Shown here piece after piece: positions 1 through 10,141 of a stretch of 64,000 nucleotides of DNA. This DNA comes from Lachnospiraceae bacterium (lineage in GTDB: Bacteria > Bacillota > Clostridia > Lachnospirales > Lachnospiraceae). How positions within the stretch are numbered: position 1 is the stretch's first letter; every line of letters begins with the position of its first letter. The stretch spans positions 7,977-71,976 of the forward strand of contig JAQXTA010000011.1 in NCBI GenBank assembly GCA_029219245.1, given 5' to 3'. The position numbers were made by a program, and so were the translations under genes. A model generated the notes under the pieces. That model was given only the letters and a program-made list of their open reading frames with translations, was not told where the DNA came from and searched no databases.

Positions 1-1
1 T

Positions 2-229
2 GCCACCGTAATAGACCTAATTATGGCGGGATATTATACGGGAGATGGGCAGGAATTTGATGACCTTGGATTTAACATTTCATTAAATGATGAAAAGTTT
101 TGTGTTGGTTTCCGTAAGGACTCGGATTTGACGGAGAAAGTAAATGAATTTCTTAAGGCTGCTTATGAAGATGGAACAATCCATTCTCTGGCAGAACGAT
201 ATGGAATAGAAAGTGCTGTTTTAAAATGA
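2..229 (+). CDS. Amino-acid ABC transporter substrate-binding protein, C-terminal part (truncated by window start)
   Basis: [12 protein letters not shown]...[21 protein letters not shown]...[12 protein letters not shown] resembles an SBP_bac_3 C-terminus. Confidence 0.7.
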   Translation, partial: ATVIDLIMAGYYTGDGQEFDDLGFNISLNDEKFCVGFRKDSDLTEKVNEFLKAAYEDGTIHSLAERYGIESAVLK

Positions 230-245
230 TTTTGGAGGGAAGGAT

Positions 246-2240
246 ATGAATAAGAATGGGAATAAGCCGGAAGAAGCAACAAAAGAGGGGTTAAGCAACC
301 GAATCGGGCGCACGTTTATTAAAATTTTACGTCGGACACTGATAATCGTATGTCTGGAATCCATTCTGATTGGAGGATTTCTGGCAGTCATGTATACCTT
401 GAAGGATAACCGCAGTTCGGTTATGGAATATACAGAGGAAATGGATCGTGCCATGCAGAGCAAGGTGAGCATGTTGGAAGCAATTGCTTCCGGAATCGAC
501 AGTGGGGTCCTGCATGACAGAGATACCATCCTGAATTATGTGGATTCCATGGTAGCGATGGATGACCAGATTTCAGCGGTTTATAGCTGCTATGATGAGA
601 ATATTACCATTATGAGCGGAGGATGGCAGCCACCCGAGGATTTTATCGTAACGGAACGTGAATGGTATAAGGGGGCACAGGCAAATCCCGATGAAGTATA
701 TATTTCTGACCCCTATGTGGATTTACAGACGGGTGGAATCTGTATCACATTGTCCAAGGCAACCTACCATGATGGGAAAGTGGCAGGTGTAGTTGGAATG
801 GATATGTATATGGACAATCTGGTTTCTCTGATTGAGGGAAGTTATACGGCAAACAGCTATGTTTTTATGACAACTGCGGATGGGACGATTCTCGTACATC
901 CGAATGGTGAATATTCACTGAATGTGGATAGCACTCATACCGTTCAGGAAGTAAACGGAGGACGATATGAGCCTCTTGTAAAAGAAAATATGGTTACAAG
1001 GTTTTTCTTAGATTATAAAAGCGGTTTTAAGTTTGGAACCGGTAATACTTCCGCGGTAACAGGCTGGAAGGTTATTTCTGTGAAACCGTTATATTCCATA
1101 TTGTTTTTCTTCGCGTTGATTATTGGCCTGAACCTGATTATTTATTTTGTTACAACGGCGATTACAAGAAAAAGTATCACTGGAAAAATCGGGGTTTTAT
1201 TCCGGCCTCTGGAATCCATCAGTGGTAAAATGGCACAGGTTGCAGAGGGAAATCTGTCGGTAATGTTCGATGAAGAAAAGAACTCTGTCGAAATTGAAAA
1301 GCTGACGGATTCTATCAATGAAACCATTACAAGTCTCCGGTTTTATATTGACAGTATTTCCGGTGTTGTTACAGCCATTTCAGATAAAAACCTGACCGTT
1401 ACGATTGATGGCGATTTTAAAGGCAGCTATGTACAGATTAAGGATGCGTTGGAAAGTATCGTAAGCAATCTGAACGAGTCCTTTAAACAGATTAGCAGGG
1501 AAGCGGAAAGTGTACTGGATTTTGCAGACAAATTGGGCAAGACAACCGAGAGTGTGGCACAAAGCGCTTCCATGCAGAACGAGGCAGTTGCCAATGTATC
1601 GGAAGATATGGTACGTCTGACAGAGCAGACAAAGCAGATTACAAAAAGGGCTATCTTTATCCGGGATACGGCAGAAGTTACCAAGGAGCATTTGGAGGCC
1701 GGTAATCATGAAATGGATGAGCTCGTAAGAGCAATGGAAAGCATTGAACAATGTTATGGTGAAATCGCGGGCTTTGTTGGTACAATCAGGGATATTGCTT
1801 CCCAGACAAATCTGCTTTCCTTAAATGCTTCCATTGAAGCAGCCCGGGCAGGAGAAGCAGGAAGGGGATTTGCGGTTGTTGCAGATGAAATCAGTACACT
1901 TGCTGCATCCAGTGCAAAGGCAAGTGAAAACATTGACAAACTGATTGTAGAATCCCAGTCGGCGGTTTCCGCAGGAAAAGAACTGGTTATGGCTACTTCG
2001 GCAACGATACAGCAGGGTATGGATGACTCTGTCCAGTCCAAGCATCATATTGATGAAATCGTGGAATTTGTTGAAAAACAACAGAAAGCCATTGAAGATG
2101 TTAATGAAGAATTAAAAGATGTTGTTGAGAGTGTGGAGAACAATGCAGCAAGTGCAGAAGAAAATACTGCTATCAGCCAGCAGTTAAATGAATGTGCACA
2201 GAGTTTGAAACAGATGGCAGATTCCTTTACCTTGAGATAG
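246..2240 (+). CDS. Methyl-accepting chemotaxis protein (dCache + HAMP + MCP signal domain)
   Basis: Two TM segments, Cache motif REWYK..SDPYVD..TG, signalling hairpin [33 protein letters not shown]. Confidence 0.93.
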   Translation: MNKNGNKPEEATKEGLSNRIGRTFIKILRRTLIIVCLESILIGGFLAVMYTLKDNRSSVMEYTEEMDRAMQSKVSMLEAIASGIDSGVLHDRDTILNYVDSMVAMDDQISAVYSCYDENITIMSGGWQPPEDFIVTEREWYKGAQANPDEVYISDPYVDLQTGGICITLSKATYHDGKVAGVVGMDMYMDNLVSLIEGSYTANSYVFMTTADGTILVHPNGEYSLNVDSTHTVQEVNGGRYEPLVKENMVTRFFLDYKSGFKFGTGNTSAVTGWKVISVKPLYSILFFFALIIGLNLIIYFVTTAITRKSITGKIGVLFRPLESISGKMAQVAEGNLSVMFDEEKNSVEIEKLTDSINETITSLRFYIDSISGVVTAISDKNLTVTIDGDFKGSYVQIKDALESIVSNLNESFKQISREAESVLDFADKLGKTTESVAQSASMQNEAVANVSEDMVRLTEQTKQITKRAIFIRDTAEVTKEHLEAGNHEMDELVRAMESIEQCYGEIAGFVGTIRDIASQTNLLSLNASIEAARAGEAGRGFAVVADEISTLAASSAKASENIDKLIVESQSAVSAGKELVMATSATIQQGMDDSVQSKHHIDEIVEFVEKQQKAIEDVNEELKDVVESVENNAASAEENTAISQQLNECAQSLKQMADSFTLR

Positions 2241-2263
2241 AGCACTGGAGATGGGAGAAAGAT

Positions 2264-2626
2264 ATGAAGACAATATTAGTTGTGGATGATGATGAGATGA
2301 ATCTGAAGATGGCAAAATTTATTTTGGAACAGAAGGATTATCGTGTGATAACCGCAGTTTCCGGTATGGAGTGTCTGACGATTCTGCAGAGTGAATCGGT
2401 AGACCTGATTTTGTTAGACGTTGAGATGCCGGTTATGAATGGCATAAAAACATTGGAGCATATCAGGGAAAAAGAAGAATTCGTTAATTTGCCGGTTATA
2501 TTCTTGACAGCAAATGCGAATGAGGATACTGTTATTACAGCAGGAAAACTTGCTGTTGCCGGATATGTGAAGAAGCCTTATATGCCCCAGGACTTTTTGG
2601 AAAGGGTCGAGAAAGCTTTCCGTTGA
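2264..2626 (+). CDS. Stand-alone response regulator (REC domain)
   Basis: KTILVVDDD, DLILLDVEMP, PVIFLTA, YVKKPY; ATG at 2264 after GGGAG. Confidence 0.9.
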   Translation: MKTILVVDDDEMNLKMAKFILEQKDYRVITAVSGMECLTILQSESVDLILLDVEMPVMNGIKTLEHIREKEEFVNLPVIFLTANANEDTVITAGKLAVAGYVKKPYMPQDFLERVEKAFR

Positions 2627-2706
2627 CAGAAGGTAGATTCCTTTACATAGAGAGCGTATGAAGTTTTGCAGACGATGGAAAGAGGCTATAGTTGGAAGAA
2701 ATTTGA

Positions 2707-2853
2707 CCAAAAAATTTCAATCCCAGACTGACAGATGAAGAATATGAAATTATCAAGACGCATCCGGTAATCGGGAGAGATATTCTTAAAAGCATTTCTG
2801 AACTTCCGAATACCGGCTGCATGAGATGTAACCAAATAATGGGAGTGAAATAA
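2707..2853 (+). pseudogene. HD-GYP phosphodiesterase gene remnant
   Basis: Frame 1 reads RLTDEEYEIIKTHPVIGRDILKSISELP, typical of the HD-GYP core; no start codon and in-frame stops on both sides. Confidence 0.7.
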
Positions 2854-2902
2854 GTAATAAAAAGCAAGGAATGTTTTTGCTTCGGCAGAGAAGGAGAATA
2901 TT

Positions 2903-3865
2903 ATGAAAAAAACAGTTTCATTGGCAATACTTGCCATGCTGGTATGCGGTTTGACTGCATGCGGCAATCAGGAGAAGGTAAAAGAGGATGACGGAAAGTA
3001 TCATGTAGGACTCTGTCAATGGGTAGAGCATGCGGCACTGGATGAGGCGACAATGGGATTTCAGGATGCATTGACTGATAAACTGGGTGATGAGGTTGTA
3101 TTTGATGTACAGGTAGCGCAAGGTAACACGCAGGACTGTCAGGAAATTTTAAACGGTTTCGTATCAGATAATATGGATTTGATTATGGCAAATGCAACAT
3201 CAGCTTTAATTTCTGCTTCTCAGGCAACGAACACGATTCCGATTGTGGCAACCTCCATTACAGATTATGGAACGGCTTTGAATATGAGAGAATGGACCGG
3301 GGCATCCGGCATTAACGTAACAGGAACCTCTGATTTGGCACCAATAGAGAGTCAGGCGGATATGATTCAGGAACTTGTTCCGGAGGCTGAGAAGGTTGGT
3401 ATCTTATATTGCTCAGCCGAAACGAATTCCATTTATCAGGCACAGAAGATGGGCTCCATTCTTACCGAAAAAGGAATATCCTTTGAAAACTATACCATAG
3501 CAAATAAAGAGGAATTGGAGAAGACGGCGCAGAAAGCGGCATTAAAATGTGACGTACTCTACATTCCGACTGATAATACGATAGCATCCCAGGCAGATAT
3601 TTTGAAGGAAATTCTGATTTCAGAAAAAGTTCCGATGATTGCAGGGGAGGAAGGACTGTGTGAAGCAGGAATTGCAACTTTGTCAATCAGCTATTACGAT
3701 ATAGGTTATACTGCAGGCGAGATGGCATATGAAATTCTGGCAGAGGGAAAAGAACCGGGAGAAATTGATGTCCGTTATGCGGAAACTGTTACCAAGAAAT
3801 ATAATCCGGAAAACTGTGAAGCATTAGGAATTGCAGTTCCGGATGATTATGAAGCACTAGAATGA
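2903..3865 (+). CDS. ABC transporter substrate-binding lipoprotein (ABC_sub_bind, aromatic amino acid type)
   Basis: Lipobox LTAC; VEHAALD..GF, NTIPIV, NVTGTSD, YIPTDNT motifs. Confidence 0.85.
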   Translation: MKKTVSLAILAMLVCGLTACGNQEKVKEDDGKYHVGLCQWVEHAALDEATMGFQDALTDKLGDEVVFDVQVAQGNTQDCQEILNGFVSDNMDLIMANATSALISASQATNTIPIVATSITDYGTALNMREWTGASGINVTGTSDLAPIESQADMIQELVPEAEKVGILYCSAETNSIYQAQKMGSILTEKGISFENYTIANKEELEKTAQKAALKCDVLYIPTDNTIASQADILKEILISEKVPMIAGEEGLCEAGIATLSISYYDIGYTAGEMAYEILAEGKEPGEIDVRYAETVTKKYNPENCEALGIAVPDDYEALE

Positions 3866-3889
3866 AATTGTTATATGGAGCGTTGAACA

Positions 3890-6800
3890 ATGTTTGGGAA
3901 CAAAAACGGTGAGGTAAAGAAAAAGCCTGGCTTCGGTCATGGGAAAAAATACAGTTATGGCTTTATAAGTGTGGTATTTATTATTTTAGTCATTGTGCTT
4001 CTTCTCAATGTTTTACTGATTTACAATATGACTGTGAAACAGATAGAAACCATTGGACAGAACCAGATGGAAAGCATTACCAGGAATCTGCAGTCGATGC
4101 TTTCAGAATCGGAATATATGACTTCCGTTCTGGCAGATAATGTGGAGAAACGCATGGAGCAGGGTGCTTCCCGGGAGGAAATGACCGTTTTTTTCAAGGA
4201 ACAGAGTAGATTACATAATCAGCTGTCTGGTGGTATCTGTATGAAGGCCTTTCTGGTGCGTGATGACTATATTATTCTGCCGGGGTATGACCTGCCGGAT
4301 GATTATGATGTGGGAGCGCGTATCTGGTATTCTGAGACGTTGCGACTGAATCCCGGAGATATCTATATTTCTCCTCCATATGTAGACCTTGTTACAGGAA
4401 ATATGTGTTTTACCGTAGCCGAACTGCTTTCTGACAAAAGAAGCATAGTGGCACTGGATTTTACTTTGTCCAGAATACAGAATTCTATCGAAGAGATGCA
4501 GAGTGATGGTAAGAGCGAGGCTCTCATTGTCAATGAAGAGGGAATGATTGTCGGCTATGCGGATGCGGACTATCTAGGGAAAAGCCTGTCAGAAGCATTG
4601 CCGGAGTATGAGAATGTCTTTCGTGAGGTTATATCACAAGGCAAAGAACAGTTATCCTTTGACAGTAATATTAACGGGAAGAAAAACAAGGTGTTTTTTA
4701 CCCGCACGCAGAACAACTGGTATTTGATCTTAAGTGTACGGGAATGGGAGCTGTATAAGGAAAGCTATTTTCAGTTAATCAGAAATTCGATTTTGAATCT
4801 TCTGCTGATAGGAATTGTTGTTGTGTTATATCTTCGTGCCCAGAATGACCGTATGCGGGCGGAAGAGGCTTTATCTGTCAAGGAAGATTTTTTATCCAAT
4901 CTATCATCGGAACTTAAGTCTCCACTGAACCGGATCCTAAATTCAAGCAACCGGAAATCCTTAAGCATGAGTACCGATTTAAAAGAGAATATTGACAGGA
5001 TTCAGGAATCGGCACTTTTATTGTCGAATATGCTGGATAATCTTTTTTCCTACTCCGGTCTTACAAAAGCAGACGAGGGGCAGAAAAAAAAGACAGCAAA
5101 ATCCGACAGGACAGAAATGGAGTCCCATATCGGAAAAAGAACGCGGTGGCAGGTCACAGGAGTGCTTATCATTGCAATGTTCCTGATTTTGTTTTTTTGC
5201 GACAAGATGCTTATAGAGTCAGGAAGAATTCGTATGTCCGAGGAGGTAAGCGGCTATAATGAAAAGCTGATTGAATGGATGGAAGATAGGAAGACCATAT
5301 TGGAGATGTTTTGTTATTCCATAGCTTCACAGCCTGAATTGTTGGAGAACCGCTCGGAAGCAGCTGCTTATCTGAATGCAGTTGCCGAAAACTATCCTGA
5401 GATTTCCCTTGTATATATAGGCAATCCGGATACGACATGGAAGGTAATCATGAACAATGGATGGGAACCGGGGGAAGATTATATATTGCAGGCCTATCCA
5501 TGGTATGCGGATACTATGAGTGACAGTGATGGCTTTTTTATTTCCAGTCCTTACTATGATACACAGGAGAAGGGCTACTATTTAACCTTTTCCCAAAGGG
5601 TATATGGAAAAGATGGTACTTTTCTGGGTGTGTTTGCGATTGATTTTAAACTGGATCAGTTGACGGAAGTCATGCAGAATACTTATTCTGAGGATGGCTA
5701 TGCTTTTCTGATTACAAATAATGGAATTGTTATCAATCATCCGAATGAAGAATATCAGCTCTCCGGAAGCAGGTCCGTGAATGTGCAGGATTTGAATTAT
5801 GCAGAAGTTTATTCTCAGAATTCTAAGATTGGTATTCTGAAAGATTATGATGGAAAATACAAGGCGTGTATTTCGGAACATGATGACTTTTCCAATTTTA
5901 CGATCATGGTACTAAAAGATGCGTGGTATATCTACGGGGGAATTGTTTTTTATAAGCTGGCTTTTTTGGTACTGTTTGGCTTTTGTATTTTTGCTGTCAG
6001 GTATCTGATCCGCAAGCTGTTAGTCTGGCAGCAGGCAGTGAATGTACGTTTAAAGGATGCAGCGGACGAAGCGGTGCAGGCTACACAGGCAAAATCACAA
6101 TTCCTTGCACAGATGAGTCATGAAATTCGTACCCCGATTAATGCGGTTCTTGGTATGAATGAAATGATTCTTCGGGAAAGTGAAGAGGAAGACATTTGTG
6201 AATATGCAGAAAATATACAAAATGCCGGGAAAACGCTGCTGGCACTGATTAACAGCATCCTTGATTTTTCCAAGATTGAAGACGGAAAAATGGAGATCAT
6301 TCCAGTACAATATAATACATTGGATCTGATAAGTGATTTGGTAAATATGATATCCGATAAAGCAGAGAAGAAGGATCTGCTTCTGGAAATGCAGATTGAT
6401 GAAAAACTTCCATGCACCCTGTATGGCGATGATGTAAGAGTAAGGCAGATTATCATTAACTTGTTAACGAATGCCGTGAAATATACAAGGGCAGGTAAAG
6501 TGACACTGGTTGTTCAAAAGCAGGATGCATCAGATGAGTCGGAAGATATCATACTTCATGTGGAGGTAATTGATACCGGCATCGGTATTCGTCAGGAAGA
6601 TATGGGCAGGCTTTTTGAGTCTTTCCAGAGACTGAATGAGGAAAAAAATCACAATGTTGAAGGAACCGGACTGGGAATTTCCATTGTGCAGAGTCTGCTT
6701 AAAATGATGGGAAGCTCTCTGGAGGTTGAGAGTGAATACGGTAAGGGTTCCAGGTTTTACTTTGATTTAAAACAGAAAATTGTGGATGATACACCGATCG

Positions 6801-7729
6801 GAACCAATTTTATCCAGAAGGATAAAGTGAAAAAAGAAGAGAAGGGATATCTTTACGCTCCAGAGGCAGAAGTTCTGATTGTGGATGATAATCAGATGAA
6901 CCTGAAAGTGGCAGTAGGATTGTTAAAGCGAAGCAGTATCAAAGTGGATACGGCATCAAGCGGCATGGAGTGTATCAAGAAGGTAGAGCAAAAGCAGTAT
7001 GATATCATTTTTATGGACCATATGATGCCGGAGATGGACGGTATTGAGACCATGAAAGCTTTAAGACAAAGCAGATTTCTGCCGACGAATACCAAAATTA
7101 TTGTAATGACTGCCAATGCAATTACAGGTGCGAAGGAACAATATCTGACAGAGGGCTTTGATAATTATTTGTCAAAACCAATTGTTGTTGAAGGTCTGGA
7201 AAAAACATTGGAAGAGTATCTTCCTAAGGATAAGGTAAGCTTCAGACACAAAGAAAAGAAGAAAACTGTTGAGCTTGAGACGGCATTGGAAAAGACGGAA
7301 GAACACAAGGCGGCAGAGCCTGTGGAGCAGGAACCTTCTCAGGATTTGGCGAATGAGGATTCTTTCACACAGGAGGAATTACAGTCTTTTTCTACACAAA
7401 TACCGGAACTGGATGTGAAAATGGGATTGGGATATTGTGTAGAAAGCAAAATGTTTTATCTTGAGATGTTGAACGAATTTGCCGGTGGGAAAAAAGACGA
7501 GGAACTGGCAGAATTCCTCCAGAAAGAGGATTGGGATAATTATCGGATTATAGTACATGCGCTGAAGAGTAATGCGAAAACGATTGGGGCAATGGAACTG
7601 TCCGAGGAAGCACGTATGCAGGAAATGGCAGCCAAGGAAAACCGTATCGAGGAATTGACTGCCAATCATCAGGCATTGGCAGAGCATTATAAGAAACTGC
7701 AAAATCTTATCCATAAAGTGATTGGATGA
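3890..7729 (+). CDS. Hybrid sensor histidine kinase (2x Cache, pseudo-DHp, HisKA, HATPase, REC, Hpt)
   Basis: MSHEIRTPIN H-box, NLLTNAVKY, DTGIGI, GTGLG, REC (IVDDN...FMDHMMP), Hpt (HALKSNAKTIGA). Confidence 0.93.
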   Translation: MFGNKNGEVKKKPGFGHGKKYSYGFISVVFIILVIVLLLNVLLIYNMTVKQIETIGQNQMESITRNLQSMLSESEYMTSVLADNVEKRMEQGASREEMTVFFKEQSRLHNQLSGGICMKAFLVRDDYIILPGYDLPDDYDVGARIWYSETLRLNPGDIYISPPYVDLVTGNMCFTVAELLSDKRSIVALDFTLSRIQNSIEEMQSDGKSEALIVNEEGMIVGYADADYLGKSLSEALPEYENVFREVISQGKEQLSFDSNINGKKNKVFFTRTQNNWYLILSVREWELYKESYFQLIRNSILNLLLIGIVVVLYLRAQNDRMRAEEALSVKEDFLSNLSSELKSPLNRILNSSNRKSLSMSTDLKENIDRIQESALLLSNMLDNLFSYSGLTKADEGQKKKTAKSDRTEMESHIGKRTRWQVTGVLIIAMFLILFFCDKMLIESGRIRMSEEVSGYNEKLIEWMEDRKTILEMFCYSIASQPELLENRSEAAAYLNAVAENYPEISLVYIGNPDTTWKVIMNNGWEPGEDYILQAYPWYADTMSDSDGFFISSPYYDTQEKGYYLTFSQRVYGKDGTFLGVFAIDFKLDQLTEVMQNTYSEDGYAFLITNNGIVINHPNEEYQLSGSRSVNVQDLNYAEVYSQNSKIGILKDYDGKYKACISEHDDFSNFTIMVLKDAWYIYGGIVFYKLAFLVLFGFCIFAVRYLIRKLLVWQQAVNVRLKDAADEAVQATQAKSQFLAQMSHEIRTPINAVLGMNEMILRESEEEDICEYAENIQNAGKTLLALINSILDFSKIEDGKMEIIPVQYNTLDLISDLVNMISDKAEKKDLLLEMQIDEKLPCTLYGDDVRVRQIIINLLTNAVKYTRAGKVTLVVQKQDASDESEDIILHVEVIDTGIGIRQEDMGRLFESFQRLNEEKNHNVEGTGLGISIVQSLLKMMGSSLEVESEYGKGSRFYFDLKQKIVDDTPIGTNFIQKDKVKKEEKGYLYAPEAEVLIVDDNQMNLKVAVGLLKRSSIKVDTASSGMECIKKVEQKQYDIIFMDHMMPEMDGIETMKALRQSRFLPTNTKIIVMTANAITGAKEQYLTEGFDNYLSKPIVVEGLEKTLEEYLPKDKVSFRHKEKKKTVELETALEKTEEHKAAEPVEQEPSQDLANEDSFTQEELQSFSTQIPELDVKMGLGYCVESKMFYLEMLNEFAGGKKDEELAEFLQKEDWDNYRIIVHALKSNAKTIGAMELSEEARMQEMAAKENRIEELTANHQALAEHYKKLQNLIHKVIG

Positions 7730-7870
7730 AAATGAGAAAACGGAAGATGGAGAGACGAAGCGAGAGAAAAGAATTCTGATGTAGAAGTTCAGACAATATT
7801 TCACATAACATTTGTTATGATAATATTTATATTGGGGCTTATCCTAAGCCGGACGGCGGGATTGAAAAAG

Positions 7871-7910
7871 AAAAGAGGTAGATGTCAGCCAGAGCGACAG
7901 CTACCTCTTT
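7871..7910. terminator. Long stem-loop, probable terminator
   Basis: aaagaggtagatgtc ... gacagctacctcttt (15-bp inverted repeat, 1 mismatch) downstream of two convergent units. Confidence 0.55.
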
Positions 7911-7941
7911 GATTATGTAGGCAAAAACAGTAATCGGTTGT

Positions 7942-8179
7942 TTATTGAGCTTCCGGGTAATACTTATCATAGTTAACAATTTCGTCAATCAGCTTCGGCA
8001 GCTGTTCGTCCATCATTATAGATGGCAATACGTTTCTGCACGTCAGGCAAAGCAAAAATCTCGTCTGTATTCATAGTGCGGCAGCATTCCATCAGAAAGC
8101 CCACGAGAATCCAACCTTCCGGATTCTGGATTTCATCGATGGTCAGATTGCCGGAGTCTACTTTATCTACGGCTTTCTC
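7942..8179 (-). pseudogene. DHH-family (exopolyphosphatase-related) gene remnant with internal deletions
   Basis: Reads KAVDKVDSGNLTIDEIQNPEGWILVGFLM|ECCRTMNTDEIFALPDVQKRIAIYN, then a frameshifted MDEQLPKLIDEIVNYDKYYPEAQ*; not in the ORF track. Confidence 0.6.
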
Positions 8180-8488
8180 CTTTGTATTTACCGGCTAACT
8201 TGTTACGCTTTATTATTAAAATCATAGCCAATACAGATGTTTTTTTTTAGGGAAAATAAGGGGAATCCCAATAGGATTATAGTCTAACGTTTATATGCCT
8301 AAAATAATATATTTATGGTATAATAAAAATAGTATACGCTTGGTTCGTGCTTGAAGGCGAAACAATATGACAGGGAAAACCAGAAACAGTAAAGATTTTG
8401 ATGCTTTCAAAGAATTGTATGGACTGACGGATGTGAGCAAAGAATATTAAACATTACAAAAATATATGGATACGGAAGGGTAAATGAG

Positions 8489-10054
8489 ATGAAAGGTTTC
8501 AAAAAAGTCTTATATGGATTCCTTGCACTTCTTATGATTTTTTCCGGTTTTATTGCCTTGTGTGCAGCAAAACCGGAGCTGTCAGAACAGATTGCGGGAG
8601 CATTACATATCGGGGAAGAAGAACAGGCTGATGGTGGTTCCGGCGAAGTAGATGCCGTAGGACAGGCAGCGGCTCAAATCGGACAGGCACAGCTGTTTTC
8701 AACCCAATCGGTGGAGAAAGAAGTGCAGACAGAAGATGGCAGCCAGCCGGAGCAGTCAGCAGTGGCAGGGGAAAATCAGACGCAGCCGGAAAACTGGCAA
8801 CAGCCACCGGTAGAATATGATGATGAGGCAATATCGGGAATCAGTGTGCCGGAAGCGGTATCAGGTAAGAATGGCTATCAGCCGATTCAGGAGAATAGCA
8901 GCCAGATTGATGAGGATGAAGCAAAGAGGCTGGAAGAAGAGGTTGGTATCGGACAAACTGGGGACAATCTGACCTTTGATGCTCGTTTTTACCCTTTTTA
9001 TGCTATGTTAAATGAACAGGGGCAACATATGTATCGCCAGATTTATGCAAATGTCTCGGCTTTACAGGAGGAGTTCCGGCCGATAGAAAATGTGTCGGTC
9101 AAAGAGCTTCACGATGTTTTTGAAGCGGTTTATAATGATCATCCGGAGCTTTTCTGGGTGGACACAGCATATTCCTGTAAATATACAAGTGATGGTAAAT
9201 GCGCAGCAATTCGTCTGCAATTCAACAGTACGGCACAGAATCTGGAGAAGGAAAAGGCTGCTTTTGAGGCAAAAGCCAAAGTGATTACGGATGGTGCACA
9301 GGAACTTGGAAGTGATTATGAGAAAGAGAAGTATGTACATGATGCCTTAATTTCCAAGGTGGACTATGTAGCATCTGCAAAAATGAACCAAAGTGCATAC
9401 AGTGCATTGGTAAACGACAGAACGGTATGTGCCGGATATGCCAGGGCTTTTCAGTATATGATGCAGCAGCTGGGAATTCCCTGCTATTATTGTACGGGAT
9501 ATGCGGGAGAAAATCATGCATGGAATATTATTTCCCTTGAGAATGAATTTTATAATGTGGATGCGACCTGGGATGATACCGGAGCAGGTACCTATGATTA
9601 TTTTAACAAATCGGATGCTGACTATACGGGAACGCATCTGCGGGAAGACCTTTCTGTCAATCTTCCACCTTGTAATGGTGAAAAGTACCGGAATCTGGAA
9701 AATGCCTCCGGCACCGGAAATAGTACGGGTGAAGCCGGAAAAACAGAAAAAAGGAGTCTTGCGGATACAGGAATTTTGCAGGAGAGTGTACTGACCAATT
9801 TACAAGATTATTATAACGACTGTTATGAGAAAATAGTACAAACCGGAAAAGGCAGTTATAATTTTCAAAATGCAATAGCCGGAGAAGCTTTGAAGAATGA
9901 GGTGTATTCTGCATATCAGAACAATGATTGCAATCAGGGGTATATGGATAAAGTACTTTCACAGCTAGGAGCCTCCTATTGTAATGTGAATGGTACGTTT
10001 GAAGAACTACAGGATGGATATTATCTGATAACACATAAGGTATTGGTACGTTAA
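8489..10054 (+). CDS. Membrane-anchored/secreted transglutaminase-like domain protein
   Basis: N-terminal TM; catalytic triad motifs VCAGYARAF, HAWN, VDATWD. Confidence 0.85.
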   Translation: MKGFKKVLYGFLALLMIFSGFIALCAAKPELSEQIAGALHIGEEEQADGGSGEVDAVGQAAAQIGQAQLFSTQSVEKEVQTEDGSQPEQSAVAGENQTQPENWQQPPVEYDDEAISGISVPEAVSGKNGYQPIQENSSQIDEDEAKRLEEEVGIGQTGDNLTFDARFYPFYAMLNEQGQHMYRQIYANVSALQEEFRPIENVSVKELHDVFEAVYNDHPELFWVDTAYSCKYTSDGKCAAIRLQFNSTAQNLEKEKAAFEAKAKVITDGAQELGSDYEKEKYVHDALISKVDYVASAKMNQSAYSALVNDRTVCAGYARAFQYMMQQLGIPCYYCTGYAGENHAWNIISLENEFYNVDATWDDTGAGTYDYFNKSDADYTGTHLREDLSVNLPPCNGEKYRNLENASGTGNSTGEAGKTEKRSLADTGILQESVLTNLQDYYNDCYEKIVQTGKGSYNFQNAIAGEALKNEVYSAYQNNDCNQGYMDKVLSQLGASYCNVNGTFEELQDGYYLITHKVLVR

Positions 10055-10141
10055 ATTGAAAAAAGGCATATATGTTAATAGGAAAGAATATACTAATCTT
10101 GGTTTATGGTTGACAAAATGCCGGGGAAAGGGTAAACAGAA

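Noticed and set aside
8368-8451. 27-aa ORF MTGKTRNSKDFDAFKELYGLTDVSKEY
   Set aside because: No clear RBS or recognisable family; may be another remnant but cannot be supported.
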